64,000 bases of DNA, from contig OU015567.1 in the NCBI GenBank assembly GCA_907165135.1, forward strand, positions 4,836,001 through 4,900,000, read 5' to 3'. The notes under the pieces are model-generated. The model was not told where the DNA came from, did no database searches, and worked only from the letters and a program-made list of their open reading frames with translations. The stretch is from Oikopleura dioica (taxonomy: Eukaryota; Animalia; Chordata). How positions within the stretch are numbered: position 1 is the stretch's first letter; each line of letters starts with the position of its first letter. Both the position numbers and the translations under genes were made by a program. Of this stretch, positions 26,288-38,800 are shown in pieces.

Positions 26288-27229
26288 AGAGCCTGATGAG
26301 GAACCTCCCGATGTTGGGGATTAAAGCCACGTCGATTACAAAAGCGGACAGCTGCAGAACCAAAAAACCAAAAACCCAATTTGCCTCGGTGCTTAGTAAG
26401 GCCTTAATCACACGACAAACGTCTTTACTTGAACCTTTGTCGAGACGTTATTATTTTGGAAAAACAAGTTTTGCCAAAGTGATTGCAATCAGCAATACAT
26501 TCTAGCAACCGGGGGAAGGAATTACACAACACCCTCTGCGGTGGCTGGATAATTCTCCTCCTGGTCAGTTATTTTGCTCCTTCCTTCCTACGACATCGCC
26601 ACATCGGACGTTGAAATGAGTTGTTCAAGTTGGCGACCTTCGGCGAAAAGGACAGCGGGGGGACCTTGTTTCGCTTATTGTTACCAAAAGCATTGCTACG
26701 GGAAAAAAGGTAATATTTCAAGGCGAACAAATTGAATTTTTAATTTCATTAGCCGGCTTTTCCTTTCACTTTTTTCTGGAAGTTTGGGTTTTTGGGTTTT
26801 TTTATTCGCCTGGAATTCTGCGCCGAGTGATGAAAGACGTAATCTAGCCCTACTTGGGCGCAATTGCAGCGGGATTAAGCACTTTTAATGAGCTACAAAT
26901 CAGTGTGACGGATATTCGGAATTTCCGCAAATTTTTATGACGATCCACTTTTTTTTCTTTCCTTGAAAGACACATCTTTCGTCATCGAAAAAAGAGACAT
27001 TTGCTACTTTGATTTTGGAGTCGCTGGAATTACAAGACCGAGCAAATGATCGGTCAAGTGAGCGCGTAATGGTCAAGAGCGCGAATCAATGATCATAGGA
27101 TCAAGTTCAAAGGACTCAAAAGAGCACTAGAAGAGCTTCGTAATCTTGGACTTTCGAAAAAGAATGTCTGACCGCCAGATTCTCATGCTCCGAAATTGTT
27201 AACAAAGAGGCACAAATTCTAGCTTTTGG

Positions 27230-27495
27230 CTGGGCTTCCTGAGTAAAGAACCTGAGTCAGAGTCTAAAAGAGTCAGAAAAGCCAAAAAATGATAAAAACT
27301 AATGATTCGACAGTTTTTCTCCAAGCATTTATTTGAAGTTCATTCCAAGTTAATACAGGAAACATGCACAAACATCGCGAAGAAAGTCGCAAACACCTGC
27401 ACTTTGGTTCTTGAAAAAGGGGATAAGGATACTTACCGGCAACCGAGCTTGACCCAGATTTTGAATCTGACTCAGGATTTTTAGACAGGTTGCCA
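27230..27495. mobile_element. MITE family A, diverged copy
   Basis: CTGGGCTTCCTGAGTAAAGAACCTGAGTCAG ... CTGACTCAGGATTTTTAGACAGGTTGCC. Confidence 0.65.
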
Positions 27496-28054
27496 AAATA
27501 TATATAATGGCAATATTAGCTGACGTTGTTTGTTAAAATTGCTCATATTTTTCTTACAAAACTGAGTTAGTAATTGCCGGTTTCTTCAAAAACCAATTCT
27601 GTCGAGTGCTAATCCCGTTACCGCAAAGTCATCTTTTGTTTTTGTTGATGATTTTTTGCCCAGCCCGTGCCGCGAACTCGGCGTCATTTTCATTTTCACG
27701 GAGTCGCCCAACATTTCTCAGCGATTTCGACATTATGCATTAGCGTGCTTGTTTTTCCACTCGCGCCTCAGAAGGCGCAATTTCTCCACCGCGGGAAAAA
27801 TGGGTTTATGCGTTTTCAAGATGATATTCTGCGGGCGAAGATGATTCAAGCGCTACAGGTGCCAAATGAAAACGCGGAAAATGATTTCATTATTTTTCAA
27901 AGAAAATATACCAGCTCGAGTGTTTGAACTTTTGGAGTTTGCAATTTCTGTAACCGTTTCTCGATATCATAATAAAATATAAGTGGCCTTATTCATCTTT
28001 TACTTGTTTCATGTGTGAGCTTGTTCATCATCCGACTCTATTTTTCTACCTGTA

Positions 28055-28255
28055 GTCTAGGCTAAGCAGACTGTTTATCGAACCTGAGTCAGTTCGATAA
28101 AAAAACGGCAACGAAAGAATTATTAATGAATTGTATGGATGATTTTTGCGAAGCCGCTGTGCGGCTTCGTTTTTAAAAAAGCCGCTACGCGGCTTTTCAT
28201 TTTATCTTATTTTACACCGTGAAGTCGTTTTTAAACATAGGTTGCCAAGCTAAGC
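28055..28255. mobile_element. MITE family A, diverged copy
   Basis: CTAGGCTAAGCAGACTGT..AACCTGAGTCAG, two GCCGC hairpins, right end ACATAGGTTGCCAAGCTAAG. Confidence 0.6.
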
Positions 28256-28904
28256 ATTTGGAAAGTAAGGGCTTTATTGGGGGATGAACAAGGTCATACA
28301 TGCACAAAGTCAAGGATGAACAAGGCCACCTTCTATTTTTCAATTGGTTCTTGCCCTTGTGAAAGTTCAAACAACCTCTTGACGTCGTATTATTCACGCG
28401 TTATTGCGGTAGCAAATGGTTCATAAGTATTGTGTAAGTCAGGAAATGTACCCTCGTTGTTGCATAAACTGAGAGGCTACTTATCTCTAGAGCTCTAAAA
28501 TGCGGCGCCCCGCAATTTCGATGAACATCCCCTCGGAAGTGAAATTTTGAAAGCGCTCCCCGGATGAACTTATTCAAGAGCTTTTTTAACCCGCTCTATT
28601 TTCGGCTCTAGAATTTTTTTAAACAAGTCTTGACATATTCTTGAGCCAATTTATCTGAATAAATGCTGCGCTCGAAAAAAAATAATGCAATTCTAAGCTG
28701 ATTCAGCGCTCAAGGAGCGTCTAAGTACTCGTGAACCTCAAAATCAAGCGAGAGAAGACGCGAAGAATGAAATTTATTCATCAAGCAGGTGCAAACACTT
28801 TCGCAAAGTTCTCTTTCTCCGCGCCTGGCCGCGTAGTTACTGACGTAATGCGCAAATGCGACAACCCGGAAACTCGTTTTCGAGCGCCTTGGGTTCCAAA
28901 AAAT

Positions 28905-30820
28905 TCATTTTCTTAAATTATTTCTTCGCAATCGATTCAAAACTTGAAGCTGTTTATTCAACATTTTGTAACAGTACTTCCATTTCATGTTTAACTGAAT
29001 CCAGCGGATTTGTAAAAGCAAACAAAAAATGAAAATTTCGAAGTATTTCTTCAAATTGCTCAATTTTCTGCCTTGTTTCTTCTGTTTCCTCAATTTGTTC
29101 TTCCAACTTATTTCTTGTTTCTGCGATTGTTTCCGATATCTTTGGCTTTTGAGACTGTTCAATTCTTCGGATGGTGTCGGTTTGGGTCGAATTGAGGCTC
29201 TGGATGGACGTGGAAATGTCGAAAAACTCGGTACGGATGGTAAGAAGGTTGGAAGTTGAGAATTCTTGACGGTATGTTCGCTTCTAGAGGCCGGGTTTTT
29301 CGATTTTTTTTACTTACTAGATTTTTTCGAGAAGCCCTAACTTGAGATGATAAAGATTGTCTTTGTACTCTCTTGTGAATTTTTCGCTGATAGTACCAAG
29401 AGAAGCTTTTGATTTTTCGTTAGCGATGTTCATCATTTGAAGCTCCATCAAATAATCATCCACTAGTCCTCTGAGATATAAGGAATTGGACACTTCAACA
29501 GCTGATTGTTCAGTGTTTTTGAGCGATTTTTCCAGTTCGAGGATAGAGGAGTGGAAACCCTTGAATGAGAGAATGGTTAATTATGAGTTTGTGATGGGAA
29601 CGTACTTCGGTATTGATCGATGGCAGTTGGCTGCGTTCTGTTAGAGTGCTCGTGCTGAGTGTGTGGTTCAAGCCGGCTAATTTTGAGAAAAGCGGCTCTA
29701 CTGAATCCGACCCCACATGAAACGTTTTCAGCAAGATGGCCTCGTTAATTTTTGCACGATCTTTTTTATCAAAAATGTCTCTTTCTTCGCGCAAAAAGAT
29801 GCTCGTATCATGTCGAACCACTGAACTCCAGGTCAACAATTCCAAAAACGAAAGGATGATAAATTGATGACAGGCTCCAGATCTGATAATAAGTAACCAT
29901 AAAATTCAAAATAAAAATATGACATAAGTATTTTTTTATTTGACGCAATCACTGACAATCAAATGACAAATGATGCTCCTATATTATTACTGTCAACCAA
30001 AGGTGAATATTTTGATTTCAAAACATTATTTCATTTTCGCAGAGGTAAAATTCCAGTCATTCCATTTATGGGAATTCCATCAACACTGGAAAATTTTTTA
30101 TCAAGCAATCATATTTATCAGTTCCTTGGAAAAAGATTTGCTCATCATCAAATTTCATTTTCTCAATTCTTCCATAGATCATCATAATTGAAAAGAAAAG
30201 AGACTCTTTTATCAGGATAGACTCCTCCAATGAACCATTGAAAGTCTTGACTTGTTGTTGGGCCTCTAGAATTCTTCCTCGCTGGTGTTCAAAAAGAGAG
30301 AATTTATGAAAATTTGCTTCGAAGGAAGGGATGATCAGCTGTTGATCAACCGAGACTTTGAATGCGGCATTTTTCATCTGAAGTGATTTAAAGTTTCTTT
30401 TAATTTTCCGGAGTCTTCGTTGATTATTTCGTCGAGTTTTTTGTTTCACTTGGGCGGGGGGAAAATGGAAAGTCGGAATTTTCAGCGTTTTTATTTCTTC
30501 AATTTCCATGATTTCGAAGTGCGGAAACGCGAGTTCGTCATTGACTGACGAAAGATCCAGATCATCGGTTATAATTTCCATCACTTTCTTGTCTAAAATG
30601 TCCAGCGACGCGGCAATTCCGCCAAGCTCCGGAAACCGATTCTTCTTTATCTCTTCAACATTATTCTCTTTCAACACGTAAGTCTCAATTTACAACTCAT
30701 TACCTCGCGACCAATAATGAAGTCTGTTCTCAATCTTCGCGAAATCAGGAAAAAAGTTCGTTTTGCATGGATTTTGAGATTCTCGAAGACAAATCAGGGC
30801 AAACTGATTTTTCATAACTA
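28905..30820 (-). CDS. Uncharacterised multi-exon protein with a basic/coiled-coil C-terminus
   Basis: Co-oriented open frames at 30066-30677, 29510-29845 and ~29040-29500, linked by plausible short introns. No recognisable family; both ends uncertain. Confidence 0.5.
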
Positions 30821-31219
30821 TGACCTGCAAAAAATGAAGATAGCTGCAAGTTGCAATTGAGGGGCTGCTAATTAGTGAGCTCAATAATAAGCTGAGCGTA
30901 AGCAGTTTTGAGGGGTTGTTAAAATATACAGCTTACGTACGAAAACATGGAAAATCAGCGTTTCAGCTGTTTACGTATTCAGCTTGGCGAAACAAGAGTG
31001 TAAGTTATTTTATTATCTATACTTGGGTACGAAGAGCTAGAGGGTATTCAGCTCACATTTTATAATTTTTCTCTAAAAGACATCTTCTTATAAAGGCCCT
31101 TCAAAAAGATAAAAATCTTATCGGACGAATCGACCCGTAAAAAGGTTCATTTCTACGAACGAACTACATCAAATCTTAAAACTTGTTGATTTTCCAAGTT
31201 TATTTACAGAAAGAAAGAT

Positions 31220-33217
31220 TCATTCGATGAGTTGTATGTCATAAATCATTTCGGACCTCTTTTCAAAGCTCATTTTTTTCTCCTCGTTTTTGATTTCGAA
31301 GCTCATTAGTCCATAAAGTTGCGTTTTCTTCGCGCCGAAAAGCTCCTCCCTCGCGGTTTTAGAGGACCAGATTTGATGAATGAAGCCGATGGGGACGGAG
31401 GAAATCGAAATCAAGCTCAAAAGCTGACCGAAAGTCAGACACCAAGAAGGATACTAAAATACAATTCAAGCATTATTTCAGCATTATTTTTTCAACCGAT
31501 TACCTCGACATCCCCGTATTTGATCGGCTGCGCGTCGTAAAATTTGACGATCGTAATGATTCCAACCAAAACCGGCGAAATATACTTTAGCACAATCTTC
31601 AAGTATTCTTCTGTTCTATGTCCGGTTGCCCTCTCCAAATCCTTCCTAAAAATAACTGTTGAAATCAAGCAAGAAAACGATCCTCCCTTACGTAAGATTT
31701 TCAACGCCGTAGAAGTACAGAATCGTCACTACTTCGAAGAAACCAATGAAGAAGGTGGACTGGGTGCAAGTGTACCAGTCGACAAGCTTGAAGAAATATA
31801 TTCCACCCTGGAACATATTCGGCAGCGTCAGGAGGCAAAGAAAGAAGCAGATGTAGAGAGTGATTTTTTCCCGAGCGCACCATTTTTTATGCTAAAAATG
31901 GGTTAAAACTTATTTCAAAGCTTTTTTTCTTACCCCAAATTTCTCAGTTATTCCTCCAATAAGAACCTCCACGCTGGCGAAAACCGAGTCCAGTCCGAGC
32001 AAAAACAAGCTGAGAAAGAACAAAGCGGACCAAAACGGTCCAAAAGGAATCTTGGCCAATGCTCTCGGATATGAAACGAAAACGAGTTCCATTCCTTCAA
32101 GACCAAGGTCGGCGATGGGGGTTTGAGTTGTGTAAGAAATGTTGCCAACGACGGAGAAAATGATAAAGGCAGCTGCGACTGATGTCAAACTGTTGACAAT
32201 GGCGATGATGAAGGTGTCCCGGAAGATATCTTTGCTCGATTTCTTGTCATTTAGCGCCGAGTAATGAATCATCGAGCCATAAGCAATCCCAATCGATCCA
32301 AAAGTCTGAGCCGTCGCAGTCACCCAGGGCTTAACTGTCAGTAGCAATGACCAATCGCACTTGCCACCGAGGCCGAGAAGGTATTGAACTCCGAGACTAG
32401 CTCCAGGAAGAGTAAAGCCTCTGATTGCTAACGCAGCGAGAATGACGTAGGGCATGATTGCGGTGAAATGAATAACTTTGCCGATCCAAGCTGTTCCGCG
32501 AAAGATGCAGAAGTAGATGGTGATCCAAGTGGCAATGAGAGCAAGGACCAGTTCAGGGCGAATCGAGCCAAAGTCGGAAATTGATGATGATTTTTGAAGG
32601 ACGATGTCGTCGAAGTAGATTTTACTCGAGGGCCTAAAATGAAAAAATTTAAATTTTCCTCTATGATTTCAGTTTTCAAACCGACCTGGTATCATTGACA
32701 TCCAAGTTCAAAAATTGTTCATTTTCCTCTGCCCAAGGAAGCTTGATTGTAAGCGAAGCACCGAGATAGTACAAAATATACGAAATAATCGTCGTAAAAT
32801 AACCAGCGTAGAAAAACGAGAGAATCACGCTTCCATATCCAACCCCCTTCATGCTCGGGCAAAGAGCCTTCATCGAGGCAATCGGCCCGCGCTCTGAAAT
32901 GATTCCGACAGCAATTTCCATGTAAAGCAGGGGAATTCCAACGAGAAAGAGCATCAGGAAGTAAGGGATGAGGAAGACGGCTCCTCCGGACTCGTAGAGG
33001 AGGTAAGGAAAGCGCCAGATGTTTCCAAGGCCGACGCAGTTTCCGATGCATGCTTTGTTCGGGTTATTTTTTTGGTTGAAAACCTGTGTTGAAACCTGAG
33101 TCAGGTCGAGCCTGTTTTGCGGGCCTGACTCAAGTTTTAACACAGGTTTCCAAGTCCAAATTTAGAACCCATTCCTAAGAGAAAGTCTTTTCGAGACTGC
33201 CAAGTTTCTCGAGCCAT
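31220..33217 (-). CDS. SLC6 (neurotransmitter:sodium symporter) family transporter, multi-exon
   Basis: MARETWQSRKDFLL|ACIGNCVGLGNIWRFPYLLYESGGAVFLIPY, LVGIPLLYMEIAVG, PWVTATAQTFGSIGIAYG, LVFVSYPRAL, FWSALFFLSLFLLGLDSVF. First intron 33053-33174 is GA-AG. Stop position uncertain; subfamily not assignable by eye. Confidence 0.92.
33061..33170. mobile_element. MITE family A copy filling almost all of SLC6 intron 1
   Basis: GGGTT..TTTGG..AAACCTGTGTTGAAACCTGAGTCAGG ... CCTGACTCAAGTTTTAACACAGGTTTCC..CCAAA..AACCC; ~110 of 122 intron nt. Confidence 0.75.
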
Positions 33218-33908
33218 TATTTTTTATTCGGGTTTATTGATGATAAGGCCTTGTACACGACGGTTTATAAATGGTTATTCGGGCAATTAGGCGTATCCGA
33301 TTCCAGTGGGTAGGGGTGGTAATACTGAAAAATCACATGAGCGCGAACTAGGCAGCTCTACCTACTGACTTTCGGCGCCTTGCTGATGGTCCGATGAGTG
33401 AAATACTGTTTCTTGTAAAAACACCTTGAGTCGGCGAAAATAAAGATCGGCGAGTCAATTAAGGGTCTACGACTGGCACGTTCGAATCATCCAGGGAGGA
33501 AAGAAGATCTCCGAGCAACCACCCTCGACGATCGGAGAGTTTGATTTCAAACAACGAGATCAGATCCTAACTCAAAAACAGTCTAATTTCGGGCGGTTCT
33601 GAGTCAGGCGACCTTCTTTTTCTCGCTAACCGAACTGGATTTAACTTTTTGACCTTTCCAACTTAATTGGGGATGGAAGAGGAGATCGATTTTCTCTGAT
33701 ATCTTGCTATGAGAAGGATTTGTTTGGGATTTCTTGAGGTTACGTTAGGTAGATTTGCATATGCAAAATAAATATTTGTGAAAAACGGCGTTTATCGAGT
33801 GCCTTTTTGGAATATTCTTTGAGATTTTCTTTCGAAATTAACAAGTTCAAACTTCTGGAGAATAAAAAGACTTCAACTAAAAGGTTTATATTTTGAATAT
33901 AAATTTCT

Positions 33909-36024
33909 TCAGAAGAACACAAATCTTGCAGTTTCAAAGAATTCTGAATCAGGAGTCAGAACAGTTGAGGGAAATTCTGGTCGATTTGGCGAGTCTTTTT
34001 TATGATTCAAAATTAAAAAATTCGAAAAAAAATATTCGATAAATCAAAATCTTTCCTGGAAAGAACTGAGTTTCAAGCGCCAGACAAGACTGTTTTTCAT
34101 AAACAACTCCTTCTTTGCCAACTTGACCGGTGAAAATATTCGCCGTATAAAATTGAACCGATGGTTGGGTCGTGTAAACTTCCATCACGCGGCCGGATGA
34201 GAATGATTCCACCCGAGCAGCGAGTTTTTCAACGCTTGACGCTTCGGTTTTCAGCACATATGTATGGTCGTATCCGTTGCTCCCTAAAAATGACAACTAA
34301 AATCCACCATAAAATATCTACCAGGGACGAAGCCAAGAATTTGATCAGTCAGCAACACCCCATTTCTCAAATCAAAAGCAGTTCTTGAAACATCAATAAA
34401 CTCCCCTGTCGGAATCGACTCGTCATCTGTTTCCAGCACAAAATCGGAAGGAATTCTTATTTCATGACGATTGAGCTTTCCCCAGTTTGAATGACCATCG
34501 AGGTTGAAATACGCATGATTCGTTAGGTTTATCACTGTATCTTTGTCCGTTACAGCTTTGTAGGTTATTTTTAACTCGTTTTCGACGACTTCGTAAGTGA
34601 TTGTAACAGTCAGCGTTCCAGGATAGCCTTCTTCCATGTCTTCAGAGATGTAGGTCAGTTCAACTCCATTGGTGATGATTTTCGGCGTCCAGATTTTAGT
34701 GTGGAATCCGAACTGGCCCCCGTGAATGGAGTGTTTTGGTGGATCGCCGTTGATTTTGAATAACTCGTATTCCTTTGAAATTTAAAGTAAAGAAATTACT
34801 GAATCATTAGATGTGGAAAATTTTTATTGCGAAAAATCTATGATTATCTTCAACGGCACCATTGAAAAAATAAATACCACTTCAACTTTTTTAAAAATAA
34901 ATTATGGTTACTTGATCGAGTGGTCGTCATTTGCCCAAGTCGTCATCTGCCCAAGTCGTCTTCTGCCCAGGTCGTCATCTGCCCAACTTGGGAAAATGAC
35001 GATCTTGGGTGAAAGACGATCTGTAATTGAATTCGAAAAAAGCTTTTTTATGTTTCACAGGAACGGACTCATCACTGTCAAAGTCCGGAAGTCCGGTCGA
35101 TATATTTTAATAGCAAAGACTTACTCGATAAGGCCTCGATCAGAAAAAGACTGAGAGAAAGTCCTTCTTAAAAAATCTCCTGAATACTGTACCATACAGT
35201 ATGGTCCAAACTTGGAGCTAGCTTCCGGAGGAGATTCATAACTTTTCTCTACTTTTTCAAGAGTTATTACTCAAGTTCAAATGTGAGCCGAGACTAGGCA
35301 GCTGAGTTACTCGGCACGAGTACCCTCGGTTCCACTTCAACATTTAAATTCGATCAATTCAAATAAAATTTCATCCAAAGTTCGAACTAAACACAAAATC
35401 GACTTTAGCACCATTTTCCGGCGCTAAGAGTCAGCAAAGGGGGATACGCGTTGGCGAAAACTCATTACACCTTGCTTTTTGATACGGTGCTAAAGTCCCA
35501 GATTATAGCAGATAAGATTGTTTTCTCAACAAAAACTGTCGAATTTTTACTGATAAAACGCCAACTTCCTGCGAGTACTTTTTTTGCAAGTTTTCAGTTA
35601 GAGTTTCATCTTGCTTCATTTTTCTTAAATTTTGAATTCAATTACATCGTCATTCACCCAGGTCGTCATTTGCCCAAGTTGGGCAGATGACGATCTTGGG
35701 CAGATGACGACTTGGGCAAATGACGACTTGGGCAAATGACGACCACTCTACTTGATCATTCAGCGAAAAACTGGCATTGGAAATTCTCCCCGCATATCTC
35801 CCCATAATCGACCCATCCTTCCTCCCTTTGTTGTTGTAGTCCTCTATGTTGTCAAATCCAGTCGTGACATCATCAAATGCTCCGTTTTTGTCGGGAACGA
35901 ACAGAGATTGAAGCAAAGCGCCGTAAGTTAAGACATTAGCGACGATATTTTTCGATTGAATTGTGAAAATTTGAATGTCGATTCCATTGTAGTTATCGAA
36001 GATTCCTGCTGTTATCTCTGTCAT
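33909..36024 (-). CDS. GALM: Aldose 1-epimerase (galactose mutarotase), 4 exons
   Basis: YGALLQSLFVPDKNG..DDVTTGFD, GRYAGRISNASF, HSIHGG, GYPG, NLTNHAYFNLDG, GYDHTYVL, TTQPSVQFYT, LETQFFP|DSPNRPEFP. Last intron 33995-34055 is GA-AG. Confidence 0.95.
34918..35748. mobile_element. Non-autonomous Mutator/MULE-like (Foldback-type) element, 831 bp
   Basis: Exact 9-bp TSD TACTTGATC (34909-34917 and 35749-35757). Termini GAGTGGTCG...CGACCACTC. ~120-bp TIRs built from 15-bp GTCGTCAT(T/C)TGCCCAA sub-repeats. Confidence 0.88.
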
Positions 36025-36167
36025 TTTTCGACTGGGGAGACTTGAATTGGCGAATTTGAAGAAACATAAAATTGTATTTGATTAGTAAATTTGACTCAAA
36101 AGGCGTGTACAGGGAGATAGATAGGCGACAGTAATGTTGTACGGCAGACTGCTTATGTTTTCTGCTC

Positions 36168-37260
36168 TTAAATAGTTTCGTTGTAAATTTTCGACGCAAG
36201 AAACCGCTTGTACGAGTCCCTTCTTATCAGCGCCAAGATATGCTTTCAGAAAGGTTAATTTTCAGTCACGTGGTTCTTTTTCTCGCATGTTTTTAAAAAT
36301 GCATGGTCGAGGCCTGTGAACCCAGTCCTTTGACGCGTCGTCGAAGATAAATCTGTTCACTTCTCCATTATTCACCGACTCCTCGATTTTGCGCTGGATC
36401 GTGTGCGGCAGATTTACTGGTTCTACGCAGTCTTCCGCCAGGAATCGCTCGAAAATCGCCTTCGCTAAATTTTCATACTCGAAAAATCAACAGACAAAAA
36501 CTCGGCTTACCAACATTGAGCATTCTCCCTGTCGGACCAAATTTAAAACGACGCGTTTGAAGATAAAACGCAAGATTTTCCGCAGCATATTCTGACTCTA
36601 GAAAAATCTGGAATCGGGCAAGGCCATCAGGACATCTTAGCATGTCGGTAAAGCCAAACTTCCATCTAGAATTTTGATTGGTTTTGGTCGATTTTAAAAA
36701 AGGTATCCCCTTATTTATCCTTGATTTCATGTACCCCTGTGTGTCCCCTTATTCATCCTTCTTTTAACTTTCTTTTATGGATGAACAAGGGGACCCCCTG
36801 TTGTATTTTCTTATTTACCTTTGATGATTAATTTTGGTCGGTCGAGGCTGAAGACCATCTTGAATCTTTTTTGGCCAAAACTCGCTGCCGGAAATCTTAG
36901 AAAAGAGCAATTTATCAATTGCTTAGAAAATTAAGCAAAGTTTACCTCGCACTCGGGTAAAAAAGGATCACACGGGGCCCTGGTGCTGCAGTATTGAATG
37001 CTGGTGTCAGCAGCTGTCGAGAATTTGTGACAGCTCTTCTGAAGAGAATGATCGAAGGAGCACTTTTGGAGCTGAAGTCGCTGGAGAATCTTTTCTTTTA
37101 GCTGCAGTCGCTGGGCCAAGTCGAGCGAGGCGATGTTGTCTCTAGAATTGACGATGAGGGGAAGAGATAAGGAGGAGTTACTCGGTAGCTTTGACGCTGT
37201 TTCGACTGCGTTTTCGGATGTCCAGTTCTTCGTTGTTTTTCACAGGAATCCTAGAATTGG
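36168..37260 (-). CDS. R7-family regulator of G-protein signalling (GGL + RGS domains); 5' exons unresolved, possibly reaching ~38640
   Basis: Spliced reading KFSTAADTSIQYCSTRAPCDPFLPEC..SEFW..QR|WKFGFTDMLRCPDGLARFQIFLESEYAAENLAFY...AKAIFERFLAEDCVEPVNLP...NRFIFDDA..|HILALIRRDSYKRFLASKIY parallels the RGS6/7/9/11 GGL-RGS layout. Confidence 0.82.
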
Positions 37261-38800
37261 AGATAAGAGAGGGCCTTGTGCAAGATGATTAACATGTCAT
37301 AAGGAAGAAACCCGAGGCCTGTATGAAGCTTGAGTTAGTTTTTCAATTGATTTTTTGAGAAAAATTATTTTAATTTTGAAATTTCATAATTTTTTTCTTA
37401 TTGAAAAACTGTTTCAAAAGAGACATGCTGGTTGATAAGTTCTTTTGGCTCATTTTTCCCGTTCACCTTATTCTCTGGTAATTCGAATGAGCAGATTGAA
37501 AATGAGTGAAAAGAGACGAAAATAGTAGAGTTATTAAATAACTTATTTGCAGGAGACCTTTTTAGACCGTGAAATATGGATCATTATTTTCCCAGGCGAG
37601 TTAGTACAGCTTCAACTCTGTACTTTATAAATTTTCAAGAAGAAAGCCGATTTACCGATGAATTTCGGGATTTGAGTGGGGACACAAATCACAATTGAAA
37701 TCGAAATTTTTCTCTGAAAACATCGTTTTTTTTCTCGCAATAAAAAATCGTGTTGGATTTGAATATCTAAGGCGATCGTTTTATTATTTACAAAGGAAGT
37801 GTGGCTAACTGCAATATCAGAAATAAAAATAGCAAAACTAAAAGTGCTCCCACGGGAAATTGCGCATTACCGGCGCTTGACAGGTACACTTGGCAAATTT
37901 AACAATCAATCCTTCCCGCCTTGCTTTTTTTCTAATAAACTTGAAAACAATTTCTCACTAACCGAAGATTTGCAAGGCGCTTTTCAAGGCTCGATTTGAT
38001 GCCAAAGGTTCTTTCAAATGGCTTTTTCATCTTTTATATTCAATTTTTATTAGGGGTCCCGAAATTGGGGATTAGGGTGCCACCCCCAGGGCGAAGTCCC
38101 CAAAATCTCGGGGAAGTTGAGGTAAGGGGCCGTCTCAGCCAATCAGAGACCGCAATTTGTTTTTTCAGCCAATCACAGTCGAGCAACCCCCTTTTCCCTC
38201 CTCGACCCCCCTCCCCCCTCACCAAGTTTTTATCTGTCTTAGCTTTGCGAACAACTGTAAAATAACTGTAAAGCCTGTTTCCTAGCAGACTGACTTCTCC
38301 AAGATCGTTCCTCACTTTTCGCTCTTTCTTTGCTCGAGCTCTCTTTTCGATCAAAAGTGCTCATCCTCGTCAGGACTTTCTGATTCAACGATTTTCAATG
38401 CTTTGATTTTTCAAGCTCTGTTCTGTTGTTTATTTTTTTTCATCAATTTTTGATTCCAACCAAATGTAAATTGGATCATTTTATTATTTAAAAAATCATT
38501 GTCTTTTTCTTTGGTTTGCTCGATTTTTTCGGCTTCGACGACATTTTCCGATCTCTGATTTAATTCGACTCTTGCTTGCTTTAAAGTGCGATATTCTGAG
38601 AAAAAGTGACAGACGCATACAATTTGACTACCGACCATCCTTTAGAAAACAAGAAGTGAGTCTAAATTATTCACCGCAACTCGCACTAAATGGGTACCGC
38701 GTCCGTGACGCCTTTTCTTTTTTCTTATTTTCTCATTCAGAAATAATCACAATGAGTATTACAGTTTGTATTTTGGAAAAAAACTGAGCAGAAAAGGAGG

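Noticed and set aside
26290-27160. Coding-like hydrophobic segments on the minus strand (e.g. ANWVFGFLVLQLSAFVIDVALIP)
   Set aside because: Could not be assembled into a consistent exon chain or assigned to a family by eye; left uncalled.
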